A DNA stretch of 64,000 nt from Octopus vulgaris (GCA_951406725.2 OX597820.1:24366001-24430000), one strand, 5' to 3'. Counted from the first letter of the stretch, positions 1-14,488 are shown. Notes: generated from the sequence alone by a model not told the origin. Numbers and translations are program-made.

Positions 1-349
1 AACTCATGCACCTACGCATCACCATATTTACATATATATTTTTACGTACAGAAACACACACACGCACACACACATTCACACATGCTCACAATATCTGTCT
101 ATATACGCATTCTCTCTCTTTCATCCCATCTCTCTTACAAACACAAATATATGTCTACATACTCACCTCCTTTGAGATCCCAATGCTGGATGAAAAAGGA
201 TGAAGGCTACAAATGATGTTTTCAATCTAAAGAGAATACATAAATTTGACGTGGTTACTTGATTAATTTTATTTGTACCACAATGAAAAGGTAATACGTA
301 TATGATTTATGATATAAAGGAACCAGCTCAACAAAATAACCAAACAAGA

Positions 350-451
350 ATCCTACATATGTTTCAATCAGGCGTTAGGTTTGACTCGTTAATATTCAAG
401 CGATTATAAAATTAAAAAAAAAGCCACATTTAGTCGAATATCTTCAGGGAC
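350..451 (-). ncRNA. Degenerate hammerhead with ~75-nt stem-II insertion
   Basis: gtcc CTGAAGA tatt...gatt GAAAC atat GTA ggat. Confidence 0.55.
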
Positions 452-660
452 AGATGTGTATTTTCAGGTGGTGAACAACGAAATAATAAGGCGAGGGCCG
501 TGTTTTCAAATAATCAAACGTAAACAATAATTTATTAGGACACATTATTGGACTGTATATACATATAAACTATGGAGTTTTGTTTCAATATATTTGATAA
601 TATCAATTGATATCCGGATTGTTGTAATCCCTTACGAGGAAATTACAACCTCAATATTTG

Positions 661-732
<72 letters not shown>

Positions 733-733
<1 letters not shown>

Positions 734-1099
734 AAATGTTAGCGCTCAGCAGTGTTAAGGCGTAAGAATCATATTGGTTGGTTGAAATATGCTTGTGACA
801 TATTTCAGCTGCTAAAAGGAAAATTCACTGCAGTTGCCGTGGACAAAAAATTATTTCTCTTAAGGTAAAAAGATGTGAAAACACACTGCTTTTTTTCCAG
901 TGTCGCCAGCTATCAGGAATGCCAGACGTCGATGTTTCAAGTTTTTTGACTCTTGCCAATGGGATGTACCTAAGAAACGCAAATCTGAACAAGCTTATAA
1001 AGCAATAAGCATTATGTAAAATACAGTCAACGTTGTTGACAGATTTGCGCTCGTAGATCGCCCGATTGTGGAAAAGTAACGAAATGTTAGTGCCAAGCA

Positions 1100-1101
<2 letters not shown>
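733..1101 (-). mobile_element. TA-flanked 348-bp unit with 21-bp terminal direct repeat and decayed hammerhead (920-964)
   Basis: gaaatgttagcgctcagcagt at 733 and gaaatgttagtgccaagcagt at 1081. Minus strand: tccca ttggcaa gagt caaaaa actt GAAAC atcgac GTC tggca. Confidence 0.55.
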
Positions 1102-1148
<47 letters not shown>

Positions 1149-1415
1149 TGAAGGCTCGTAAGGTCGTGAGCTTAATTCCCGGTGACGTATTGTGTCCTTG
1201 AGCAAGACACTTTATTTCCCATTGCTCCAGTCCACTCAGCTGGGCACATTCTGTGTCACGCTGAATCTCTCTAAGAACTACGTTAAGGGTACACGTGTGT
1301 GTGGAGTGCTCAGCCACTTGCGAGTTAAATCCGGTTACGACGACGAGGGTTCCAGTTGATCCGATCAACAGAAGAGCTTATATACCCCTCGTTGTCGTAA
1401 CGGACAGAGTTCCAG

Positions 1416-1492
<77 letters not shown>

Positions 1493-2941
1493 CATATACG
1501 AATATATCTAAGAAATGGTGAGATGCTGGAGATGCTGCTTCATGCGTCTGGGTGAGAAAGAACTTTGAGTAAAAATTGACCCTGTATGTATTTCCTTTGC
1601 CCCAAGTCTTTTTAGTAACCGAGCATTCAACCATTTTTTTTTTTTTTTTGGTGGGGGGTTATGATTTGGTCTTCCTCAGATCAGCTGGCGTGTATCTTGC
1701 TCCGAATAGGACTATTCCTCTTTCAAGTTGTACATTATCTCAAATTGTACAACTCTGATCTTACTGACAACCTCTACTCGCGTCTCTAACACCATCGTAT
1801 ACTGTATCACTTACAGTAATTGATTGGTAAATTCGGTCACGATTCTGTTTGCTTGTAAAAAGATCTCAACTTTTTTCTCTCTTCTTGAAGTAGGACAAGC
1901 ATAAGAAGAGTATCAATTCTCTTGTTTCACGTGTTATCTACTTGTTATTAGTTTGTTAATACAGAGAATGTGACTAGAAATGAATGGTAGATCGAGGTAT
2001 AAAGGAAAACATTGCACGATAGCTCAGATTTTCCTCAGCGTAATGCGTTCTGAAAAATGTTAAACCTTGTGTATCATAGAAGGATGACTCATTATTCCCT
2101 CTGCTCTTTGCTTGTAACAGAAATTAATCTACCGAATTTTGCTTGGGGCAAAGGGAAAATTATTCTATTTTCCGATGGCTTATAACGTAAACCAACATTT
2201 GAGACTCTTACATTTCTTTTTGCCAACGCAGAACATCAGTAGTTGCCACGGATTTTAGTTTTATTTTGGTTATATATTTGTAGTTTTTGTTCTCAGCCTC
2301 TTGTTTCGTCGCCGACTTTTGTGCCCGATTTCAACTGCATTTTAATCATGTTACACTGACATCTTAAAACATCTTTTCCTCTATCTCCATCTTTATTAAT
2401 CGTCTTTCATTTCCTTTCATTATTCAATATTTCACTATCTCTCTCTTCGTTTTTCTTATATTTCCTGTTATATATCTTCTCATATTTCCCCTCTCTTCAT
2501 CCCAGTCTAATTCCCGATCTAATTTCGCGACATTATTCTTTTTGTTTTCCGTCAATTGTTAATTTGTTTCTTTATTCTCCTTCTTCTGTTTTCGTTGTTT
2601 TTCCATTTGTATCTTCATCTACTTTCTATTTCTATGACTGCGTTTGCATTTCTCTTTCTCTCTCTGTCTTTTCCTCGTTTTTCTTCTTACTTCTCGCCTT
2701 GCCTCAATTTATAGTCTAGATGTGTGTCATTCTCTAATTTTTTCTTTCTTGGTAGTCATTGTACTTCTATTAATTTTGTGTTTGATAATCCTTAATTTTC
2801 TCAACTTTTCCTAAATTTTTAGATTCGTTCCTTTATTAAAGTTTCTTTTTTTTTCTCTCTCTCTAATCTCCCCCGTTTCATTCATATCGCACTCTTTCTT
2901 TCTTACATTTCTTTTGCCTGTATCAATATTTAGCCATTCTA

Positions 2942-3338
2942 AGGCGGCAAACTAGCAGAAACGTTAGCACGCCGGGCGAAATGCTTAGCGGTATTTCGTC
3001 TGCCGTTACGTTCTGAGTTCAAATTCCGCCGAAGTCGACTTTTATCCTTTCAGGGTCGATAAATTAAATACCAGTTACGTACTGGGGTCGATCTAATCTA
3101 CTTAATCCCTTTGTCTGTCCTTGTTTGTCCCCTCTATGTTTAGCCCATTGTGGGCAGTAAAGAAATAAGAAACGTTAGCACTCCGGGCGAAATGCTTAGA
3201 ACTATTTCGTCTGTCTTTACGTTCTGAGTTCAAATTCCGCCGAGGTCGACTTTGCCTTTCATACTTTCGGGGTCGATAAATTAAGTAACGGTTGCGTCTT
3301 GGGGTCGATCTAATTGACTGTCCTCCTCCCCCCAAATT
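2942..3338 (+). mobile_element. SINE family B (Meta-domain-like), dimeric
   Basis: gagttcaaattcc B-box followed by gactttgcctttcat..ggggtcgataaattaagtac, present twice. Confidence 0.85.
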
Positions 3339-3360
3339 GTGCTTCTCTTTCGTCTCCCCT

Positions 3361-3469
<109 letters not shown>

Positions 3470-4391
3470 TTACCTACTACTCTTTTCTTAGTTCCAGCCA
3501 CAACTTCAATCTCCCATGTTATCAATGTAAGATTTACGATTTAATATTGAAATACAAACCTTTTTCTCGCACTTTATCCAACCAACCGCCCTTCGACTCT
3601 AAACCCTTCCCCACTTTCCCCTTCCTCCTTCTATCCTCATTTCCTCGTTTTCCTGCTAAAACTATCAATCAATCTATTTAGACGTTGTAAAATATTGAGA
3701 GCTAAAATGGCGGACAGTAAAAAGAAAACAATGAAACAAATGGCTCAGATTACTTCATTTCTGCAGGCAATTTCTGATTAAGGTAATATAGAAACGAGTA
3801 ATCGGTTTTCAATATGGTATCCAAGGACCTTTCACGACACTAAGGGATGTATTAATATATCTGAACGACACTCAGGTTATAGTCACTGCGGACATTTCCA
3901 TAAGATTATAAGCGAAATAATGCTAAGACTAATGTGATGTTATGCTTTGTTTAATAGAGTAGTGCATTATAACAGTGTGTATTGCAGTTTCTAATGTTTT
4001 AAACAGATGTACAGACTATTGTGGAATAGAAAACTGTTGTGTATTTTATTGCAGAGCAGTTGTATAGTGTCGTGTGGTGTGTAGAATGACGTAGAGCGTA
4101 GTATAATGATGATGTGTATAAGAAAGTGTTACTGTTTAGCCTCGAGTCAATTCTGATCAAGAAGGCAAATTATAGCATTCTCTCCACGACAATTCCCACC
4201 TTACTTGCATACGAAACATCCAGGATTACATTATTCAATAATTTTCATTCTCCCCTTTCTAAAGATAGTGTCATGTGGTTGGAAAGAAGAATTTTATTGC
4301 CATTCTAGCAGGTGAAACGAAGACGTGGAAGCTTCCAGTTAAGTGTAGTGCAACACAGTGTTGCATCATCTTTTATTTTTTCATTTTATCG

Positions 4392-4650
4392 TTTTACTTG
4401 TTTCAGTCATTTGACTGTAGCCATGCTGGAGCATTGCCTTGAGTTTCTGGTCGAATGACCTGACCCTAGCGCTTATCTTTTCTAAAGCCTTGTTGTTATT
4501 CTATCAATCTCTTTTGACGAATCGTTAGGTTATGGGTACGCTAACACACCAACACTGGTTGTCAGGCGGTGGTGGTGAGACAAAGACAAAGATACACACA
4601 CACACGCATATATGTATACACACACACATATATATATATACATACATACC

Positions 4651-4709
<59 letters not shown>

Positions 4710-4864
4710 GACGGGCTTCTTTCAGTTGCCGTCTACCAAATCCACTCACAAAGCTTTGGTCGGTCCAAGGATATAGTAGAAGACACTTGCCCAAGGTACC
4801 ACGCAGTGGGACTGAACCCGGAACCATACAATTGGGAAGCAAGCTTCTTACTATACAGCCACGC
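4392..4864 (-). mobile_element. SINE family A
   Basis: Reverse complement of the 40819 copy. Confidence 0.85.
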
Positions 4865-6289
4865 AGTTTAAGAAAGCGAATTAAATGCGTTACGTTATGG
4901 TATATTGCAGCGTAGTATACTGTGCTACAGTGAACTCATGTGTAATAATGAGAAATACCGTAAACTATGATGTTCGTGTTCCTTTGTTGCTATTGTGATA
5001 ATGTCCCAAATCGGCTCTGATCTATAGACTTATAAGCAAAATCATTTTATGTATCACTACTCCGCCTTTTGCAGACGTAAATCATTTAGAATTACGTTAT
5101 CCAAGACGCTTGGTTATAATTCAATCGGATGTCAATGTTATTTCCAGCAGGTTGGTTGATCATGCAAAGACTCCTATATTGGTTCGTGAAGTATGACGTA
5201 ATATAGTGAAGTTTATACGAGTTTAGTGCAATTAGCTTTTGTAGAGTGTAATGTATTCTTCAGTAGCGTAGCTGTCGTTGGCTCACAATTCAGCTCTGAT
5301 CGAACAGACTTAAGACATATGAATATTTATAGGGATGAGTGAGAGGTCATCCGAGGACTTTGCTACATGTATGGCACAGAGAGGTTAATATCACAGGAAA
5401 TGCAGTATTATAGTTCGGACATGTTCTACTTTTAACACTGTCTATTCTATTTCTGTGTATTAAGCATTTTTTTTATAGTTGTTTAGCTCCACGTTCCAAT
5501 TATGACAGTTACATATATTCCTTTATACTATAGTCACAAAGCCCGAAATTTTAGGGAAGGGGTTTAGTCGATTACATCGACCTCAGCGGAATTTGAATTC
5601 AGAACGTAAAGACGGATGAAATGCCACTCAGCGCTTTGCTCGATGTGCTAAGGATTCTGTAAACTCGCTGCCTTATTAAATTATTCAATTTAAATGTATA
5701 ATATCCAAGACTTTTTTTCTAGCGATTCTATATTTTGTAAATCATTACATGAATTCTACATGTTTTATCCTCTGTGTACAAATCACACTTGCAATAAATA
5801 ACACAATATCATATCTATACATTATTCTTATTTAAATATTCCATGTTCAGATAAGGAATAACACTAAATATGAAACATAATATTATTGATACCAGCATAG
5901 AATATTCTATTTAATTCATGTTATTACTGAACGTTTATGAGACCAACGGTTTGTAAAGTTTTGATAAATCCATCGTAGTACAATATCTCGTTAGTGTTTA
6001 AGGATTTCTAATGTATTGTGATGATTATCAATACGAAGATTCACTGCGTAAAGGATGGCGGGTGGGGGGCGGAAAAACAAGATTATTGTGTTACCGACAG
6101 AATCCACTTGTATTATAACTTGAATCGATACTGTAGAACAAACATAACCGAGACTCATAACTCACAGCGATTTCTGTGTATTTAGTTGTGAATGGGCAAC
6201 ACGAGTATCATCGGAGAGAAAAGTAAGTTCTTTCTATTTGTGTTCACTTGAAAATCGTCTCACGAAACTACGATCTGTCTCTCTCTCTA

Positions 6290-6383
<94 letters not shown>

Positions 6384-6643
6384 CTATATATATGTACACA
6401 CATACGCAAATGCACACACACGCACAGATATCTATGTATATATTGTATATGTATGTATGCATGCGTGCATGCATGTATATACGAATGCATGCATGCGCGT
6501 GTACATATATATATATATATTATATTATATTTGTTTTTATTTTAAGTTATGTAAAGAGATGAAGACTAAACAAAAGGATTACTTTTTAGTAGAGCGTATA
6601 TTACACTTTTACAAGGAAAAGAGTTTAACAATGACTTCGAAGT

Positions 6644-6789
<146 letters not shown>

Positions 6790-6833
6790 GTCTGTCTGTC
6801 TGTCTATCTTGACAAATGAATGACGAACGAACA

Positions 6834-6888
6834 GTTGCCAAGCGATTTTGGAGGGACAAACACAGACACACAAACATATACACACACA

Positions 6889-6957
<69 letters not shown>

Positions 6958-7123
6958 TTACGACGGGCTTCTTTCAGTTTCCGTCTACCAAATCCACTCA
7001 CAAGGCTTTGGTCGGCCCGAGGCTATAGCAGAGGACACTCACCCAAGGTGCCACGCAGTGGGACTGTACCCGGAAACATGTGGTTGGTAAGCAAGTTACT
7101 TACCACACAGCCACTCCTACGCC
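6834..7123 (-). mobile_element. SINE family A (5' part)
   Basis: Matches the head and body of the 40819 copy. Confidence 0.85.
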
Positions 7124-7289
7124 TATGCAATAAGCAAAAAGACAAACAAATAAAGAAACAGTTACTAACAAATATGGTGCTGTTGGTTTGAATATATTTT
7201 TGTTTACATAAAAATTGGCTTCGCGTAGTTCACAGACATTTCTTATTCTAAGCCTTCTCAATAATAATTCACTAATACCGATACATATT

Positions 7290-7518
7290 TCTTTACTACC
7301 AACAAGGGCCTAAACACAGAGAGGACAAACAAGGACAGACAAACAGATTAAGTCGATTATATCGACCCCAGTGCGTAAACTGGTACTTAATTTATCGACC
7401 CCGTAAGGATGAAGGGCAAAGTCGACCTCGGCGGAATTTGAACTCAGAACGTAGCGGCAGACGAAATACGGCTACGCATTTCGCCCGGCGTGCTAACGTT
7501 TCTGCCAGCTCACCGCCT
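7290..7518 (-). mobile_element. SINE family B
   Basis: Reverse complement of the 2942 copy. Confidence 0.85.
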
Positions 7519-8580
7519 AATACCAATACAGATCTTTTAACGTTTAAACTGCGCACAAAGTTTCAGTAGTTTTCTGAAAATCGACCCTTACACTTCTGTT
7601 AAATTTTTAAGGTATTTGTAGGCGTGGATCTTGTCATAAGCAAGCGATAAATCTTGAATATTACCTGAATTAACTTTCTTCGAACCCCAACTTCCTCTGT
7701 AGTGTGTGGAGAACTATTGCTGAATGAAGTTGTTTCATCATCAATCTTATTTTTTTCTTCCTCCAAACCATCTTGATATTTGTATATTTAATTTCTTCTC
7801 GAACACTTAATTTTTATTGTTCTATTGTTCGTTTTGTGTTGTCAATTTTTTTTCAGAACTGTTGTTTAGCACCAGTTTGCTGCAATCAGCTGATTTATAA
7901 TTCTAACATAACATGCTTCGAAAACGGAAATAACTCCCTGATACATTGACTGCTGTTGGGAAGATTAAAAACAACTTGACAGGTTCGCACGTTTGTAGTG
8001 AATCGAAATATGAAGGGGTGCGCAGGGATGATGCTCAAAAGCAGAGATGCCTTACATTCAAAGTAATTTTTCTCATAGTAACGTTTGCTCTATCTATCTC
8101 AAGTTTTTCTGTTAGATTTCCACATAAGAGCTAGACAAGACATAAAAACACTTTTCATAGCTCCTTGAATATTATGATGATAAACAAGCAATAGTTTAAA
8201 CTCTTAGTTTCTTGTAGCATTCGCTTCTCAGAGCAATATAGGAGGATCTTTTACTGGCGAATAATTGGTCATCTGAGGTAAATAAAAGTTGTGGAGAACA
8301 AACTTATCTAAATTAACCCGACCATTCACTTAGAAGTGAATGGTCGACAGGAAAAATTAAACTTAGCGGATACTTACACTTACTGTTGTGCTAAAAATCC
8401 TTTACATATGGCCTGGATAATATCACTTACCAGTTCCCTATTTGTCTGAATACTATGGATATTTTATCGATCCATAAACTTTTCGAATCGTCTATGAGAA
8501 GGAACAAACGTATGAGTAAATTACACAGCAACTTCTTTCTTCAAAGAAAGAGTGATGAGTGATGTGATTACATATCATTT

Positions 8581-8728
8581 GTGTGGTAAGTAGCTTGCTT
8601 ACCAACCACATGTTTCCGGGTACAGTCCCACTACGTGGCACCTTGGGCAAGTGTCTTCTACTATAGCCTCAGGCCGTCCAAAGCTTTGTGAGTGGATTTG
8701 GTAGACGGAAACTGAAAGAAGCCCGTCG

Positions 8729-8762
<34 letters not shown>

Positions 8763-9023
8763 TGTATGTATGTATGTATGTATGTATGCATGTATGTATG
8801 TATGTATGTATGTATGTATGTATGTATGTATGTGTGTATGTATGTATGTGTGTGTATATGTTTGTGTGCATGTGTTTGTCTCCGTAACTTTGCGGTTCGG
8901 CAAAGACCGATAGAATAAGTTCTAGGCTTACAAAGAATAATTCCTGGGGTTGCTCGACTAAAGGCGGTGCTTCAGCATGGCCGCAGTGAAATGACTGAAA
9001 CAAGTAACAGAGTAAAAGAGTAA
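8581..9023 (+). mobile_element. SINE family A
   Basis: Same head, body and tail; internal (TATG)n. Confidence 0.85.
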
Positions 9024-9532
9024 ACACTTTATATGTTCATAGTATTTTTCAAGATTTGCTGTGATGACATATTCGGAAGCGTGATACTCACTTGAAATTT
9101 TCTTTATGATTTTTAAAGTTTGCAGTACACTCTTAATGATTTAGCAACAATACTTTTCTCCTTTTTCTACTATAAACTTTAATATGGCTTCTAATACTCT
9201 TCCTTTCTCCTGCATCACAAATAAGATATTCAATACTCAAGGTTCTGAATAATCTATATCAACGAGCGATTGAGAAGTCACTGCTAATGAGCCTACGACT
9301 GATAGGCGAAACTCGTCTAGTCCGTGATCCTAGTCACAAATGGGGCGGTTATCTCCTCTGCTAGAGTATGTGTTGTGTGTGTGCGTGTATATATCAGGAA
9401 TAGAAAAAGTCTTTTACGTTTCGAGCCTACGCTCTTCTACATAAAGGGACACAGAAAAAAACAAGGAGAGAAACAAAGAGAGAAAAAAAAGGAGAGAAAA
9501 AAATGTGTGTAGTGGCTAACGATCTATCATGG

Positions 9533-9563
<31 letters not shown>

Positions 9564-9573
<10 letters not shown>

Positions 9574-9813
9574 TATTAGAGACAAAACCACTATTTTGCA
9601 AAACAAACAAGGAAAGACTTAATCAATACATAAAATTTTAATAATTTTTTGACTATTTATTAAAATTTTATGTATTGATTAAGTCTTTCCTTGTTTGTTT
9701 TGCAAAATAGTGGTTTTGTCTCTAATAATATTTTATAATATTTTACTATAAAATTGGATTTAATCCTAAATCTGATTTTTTTTCCCTGTAATTTTGGATT
9801 TATTCCCTAATAT

Positions 9814-9826
<13 letters not shown>
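9564..9826 (+). mobile_element. Short PLE-type 3' end with perfect 81-bp inverted duplication
   Basis: 9564-9644 is the exact reverse complement of 9657-9737; the terminal ~80 bp resemble 55560-55638; (TA)n flanks. Confidence 0.65.
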
Positions 9827-9860
<34 letters not shown>

Positions 9861-11084
9861 GAGCTTCATACAACATTAAGAGTCTTTAACTCCCATTTCT
9901 TGGAATATTGGTGCTTCGGTACCCTCAGGCACAATTAGTGACGATAAAAATTTTCCTATATATATACACTCTCACATATGATTCCTGTTGCTAATTCTGT
10001 ATCGCAGTTTAATGTTGAGATCCAAGACCTGGTCAGCGATCATTAGTAACCTTTCGTAGTAATTGTAGGGTTAAAAGATAACATATATTTAGATATATAT
10101 ATATATGTATGTATATACAAGTGTATATTTGTCTGTGCTTGTGTGTTTGTGAGTATTTGCCAATGTGCGTGTATGCGAGCGCTCGTGTGCGTGAGTAAAT
10201 ATTTCATGGACGTGACATGCAGCAAGTGAGAAGACAGTTTTTCTCCTTTATCGCAACAATTATTTTACCAGAAAAGATATATATATATTATACGCCAGAT
10301 TCGACATGAGTAAGCTATATTACCATTCATGCTATCACTTCCTGCCACCTATGTTATTACTTACCATTCCTAACACTTATGTAAAATAGTTTTTATTCTG
10401 TGCTTTATTCAATGCATTTTATTGTCCAGGCAATTTACATTTTACACCATTTTGTCGGAAAATCTTCCCTGAAGGTATTCATATGAATGATCAATATATA
10501 TCCTATTCTTGTCTTACAGTCTATTCTTTACTGGACGTCTTTTATTTATAATAAGTATTAGAACTAGGTTTTGCTAAGATTTATTATAGGTGCTTGGAAT
10601 TATTCTTCAGTCTTCTAGTTATATCTATATCTTTCTTAGGCGAAACTCTGGTGTCTATACTCACCTTTTTACAATAGACATTTGTGTACAAGGGCAGACA
10701 CAGCTAAGTGGTTAAAAAAGTTTACTTCGTAACCAAGAGGTTTCGGGTTTAGTCCTACTGCATAGCAACTTAGCCGACTGTTTTCTATTATAGTTTGTTG
10801 TCTGCCCGAGACTATAATAGAAGACATTTGCCCAAGGTGCCACGCAGTAGGACCGAACCCGGAACCATGTATTTGAGAAGCAAGCTTCTTACCACACAGT
10901 CACACCTGCACCTCCACACAGCCACTATATATGTATATCAACTACATATGTGGAAAATCGGTGTGTGTTTGTTTGTGGCGTTGATTGCTAACTCCCCCTA
11001 CATCGTTTTATTGATTTTGATGAAACCTGACACGTACATATCACACAGATATGTACACATGCACGCACATTCACACATATATAC

Positions 11085-11450
11085 GGCCCCTGGAAGGGAC
11101 CTTTATATCTACCTCATATAACTAATTTTTTTAAACACCCAAGAGAAATAACCCATAGCACCTGTACAATATTTTTTTTGACACTGAAGGGAAATAACTC
11201 ATTTCATTGTTTATGTTCGATTACTTTAAATATTGATTTTTTGTGTGTCCTATTTCTAATTTTTGCAGACAATATCATTTTTATACTTTATTTGACAAAT
11301 GAGTAGAATTCATGTCTGGAAACCTCGTGACATACTGATATTGTTGAAAAAAAAATCGATAATAGGGCCCTTCCAATGGATCCTTCTATCTACTACATAT
11401 TACAAATATTTTATTTAAACATCTCAAGGGAAATAACCCATATCACCTTC
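11085..11450. repeat. ~280-bp tandem repeat with aagggaaataac motifs
   Basis: ggccc..atctac..aaaca..aagrgaaataacccata at ~11086-11163 and ~11366-11448. Confidence 0.5.
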
Positions 11451-11991
11451 ATATGGAACTGAACTTGGAACCATGTGGTTGGGAAGCAAACTTCTTACCA
11501 CACAGCTACTTCAAGTTATTATCCTTTCTACTAAAGTCAGAAAACCCCAAATTTTGAGTGCTCGACTAGTAATTATTTCATCGACCTTGAAAAGATGAGA
11601 GGTAAAGTCAACCTCGGCAGAATTTGAACTCAAACCGCAGAGGCCGACGAAATGCTTCTAAGCATGCATGTGTGTGTGCGCGCGCGCGTGCGCGTTTGCC
11701 ACCCTCACCACTGCTTGACAACTGCTGCTGGTGTATTTACGCCCTAATAATCTAGCGGTTCGGCAAAAACGACTAATAAATCAAGTACCAGGGTTAAAAA
11801 AGAATTATGTAATGGGGTCGAGTCACTCGACTAAAATTCTTCAAGGTGGTGCCCCAGCATGGCCACAGGCTAATAACTGAAACAAGTAAAGGGTAAAATG
11901 TTAAAGGTGTATATGTGTGAATATATGTATATGTCTCTCTCTATATACAGAATGGACTAAGGGGAGTGGGAGCATACACGAGGACAGAAAG

Positions 11992-12036
11992 TGTCGCTGA
12001 AGAGGTCACAGATGTGTGACGAAAGATTTGCGGACA
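11992..12036 (+). ncRNA. Degenerate hammerhead candidate
   Basis: tgtcg CTGAAGA g gtcaca gatg tgtgac GAAA gatttgc ggaca; strong stem II, stem III damaged. Confidence 0.5.
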
Positions 12037-12854
12037 ATGGACTTCAGTTAAAATAAGAACAGTAATAAACGAGTGAAGAAACAATATATAGTGCGCGTGT
12101 TTATTTGGCAAAAATATACAAATAACAATATCTGTATCAATACACGGTTTTAAATTAAGAATTTTGCAACACAGATTCGTAACCGTATGTGTGTGTGTAT
12201 ATATGTGTGTGTATATATGTGTGTGTATATATGTGTGTGTATGTGTGCGTTTATGTATGAATATAACCGCATACATACTAACACGCACACAAACACATAC
12301 ATATTTATATACATCAACATACTATTGATTTTATATCATTTTCGGTTACATACATCATAATACAAAACACGATTGTTACAGCATGTAGTACATGCATTTT
12401 ATAATTTTGAAGTCGGGCAGCATATTCTTATTTCACCAAGAAACAAATACATCAATAACTCTCGTAAATACAATACTATAGCAATGATGTTTAATATGAG
12501 GGTACAATGAAAGTACAACCAAACAAGAACCATTGCAATGTAATGCTTCGTATTTATAAAGCATGCAATATATAACGTATTATTCTCTTACAGATGAAAT
12601 ACTGGAATCACAAAGATTATTGTATGAGATTTCTTTTCCCGCTTTTTATAATATTTGTAAATGATAGGCAGTATTGTTTTGGGGCTGGGAGCGGAAGGAA
12701 CAAAATAACATTTGTCGAATTCTCAGAAGAGAATTTTTCATGCCATAAAGGTAAAGATCATAGCGATATTGAAATGTACAAAACGTTAAGGAAAAAAAAG
12801 AAGAATTGAGCTTTCGGGGAAAGATAACATTGAAGCCGGTTACTTCTGAAGACT

Positions 12855-12965
<111 letters not shown>

Positions 12966-13513
12966 GTGGTGGTGGTGTGTGTGTGTGTGTGTGTATTTAT
13001 GTATGTGTGAACATCATATATCACACAGATATGTACACATGCACGCACATTCACACATATATGATCTGAAATGTAGAGAGATACACATGTAGAGGTACTG
13101 TAAGAATGTATTGTCTCCACTTATCTAACATGTGTGTATGTGTGGGTATATATATATATATGAGAAAAAGAGATGACACAGGATAAACAATGGTTGTGTT
13201 TCTTACATTACACCTGTTTCTTTTTATTTTTACCATACACCTGTTTCTGCTATAAGATGCGCTGGACTCGTAGTTGAGTGTCTGAATAAAATCGTATAGC
13301 TTCATCGGAGCGTCGAGTATGAAGCAAGATATATTTGGGAAAAAAGAATTACACTTATGCAAAATACAGGGAAGGCATTGTTAGTGAGAAACTCATTGCT
13401 GTGACCAAAAGACAGTGACCTCGAAGTTTCGGTTAGCTAAGCCGTCGTTGGCAGTACGATAATAGCTTAGCTGGCCGAAACTTCGAAGTCAGTAATATTA
13501 TTGTTTAAGAATA

Positions 13514-13582
<69 letters not shown>

Positions 13583-13586
<4 letters not shown>

Positions 13587-14267
13587 ACAATTAAGGATAA
13601 CTTCTTAATAAGGAATCTTAACAAGAAATTATCAGGTAGATAGCGTGAAAAACCTCATAAGAGAAAAATTTCGAAAATAATTCTTTCCTATTGAACATAT
13701 TAATTTATATTATATAGAGGGCATTATTACACATAAATGCCTCACGCTAAGAGGGACATAAGTCATTTCTACCAAAAAATTTTACTAATCATACCAAATG
13801 CAGTTTTTCAAAGCAAGACATTTAAAAAAAGTGAATTTAGTCTTATATCACCTGTGATTTCGCACTAACCGCAGAAGAATTTGCGTCCATGCTCATCAGT
13901 AAGACTGATTCTGAACATATCATAAATAAACGACCAGTACCGTCGGAGTCGAACAGCCAACTGCTCTTTCTAACGAAGCACGTGGAGAAGTTTATAAATC
14001 ATATATCCGGTAAATGGCGGGCTTCTTCGAACTGCATTTCGGATGGGGAAAAGTTTTTTCGGAATAAATTTAACAATTAAGGATAACTTCTTAATAAGGA
14101 ATCTTAACAAGAAATTATCAGGTAGATAGCGTGAAAAACCTCATAAGAGAAAAATTTCGAAAATAATTCTTTCCTATCGAATATATTAATTTATATTATA
14201 TTGGGTATGATTAGTAAAATTTTTTGGTAGAAATGACTTATGTCCCTCTTAGCGTGAGGCATTTATG

Positions 14268-14275
<8 letters not shown>
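13583..14275 (-). mobile_element. PLE pLTR / retrozyme-like insertion: 486-bp unit, 133-bp partial tandem copy and inverted tail
   Basis: 13583-13715 repeated at 14069-14201; 14204-14268 is the reverse complement of 13731-13795; HHR inside; (TA)n on both sides. Confidence 0.8.
13839..13906 (-). ncRNA. Type I hammerhead ribozyme with extended stem II
   Basis: agtctta CTGATGA gca tgga cgca aattcttc tgcg gttag tgc GAAA tcac ag gtg ATA taagact. 7-bp stem I, AUA site. Confidence 0.88.
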
Positions 14276-14305
<30 letters not shown>

Positions 14306-14309
<4 letters not shown>

Positions 14310-14482
14310 AAAATTAAGAGGAATGACTACTAAAGTGGACACCTACTATGCTAAACATAGACGTCAAATCCACTTTAGTGGTTATTCCTCTTAATTTTGT
14401 ATGTAACACAATTATTAATCTTTCGGATATTTTAAAATATGCTAAGCCACTAGTTTTAACTGATTAATATCAATTTCTACCC

Positions 14483-14488
<6 letters not shown>
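14306..14488. mobile_element. Short TA-flanked insertion with inverted end
   Basis: Arms 14308-14339 and 14369-14400. Confidence 0.55.

Noticed and set aside
660-1460. CRISPR-like alternation of repeat and unique spacer
   Set aside because: The repeats are variable-length (TA)n, the inserts are mobile elements, the context is eukaryotic, and there are no cas genes.
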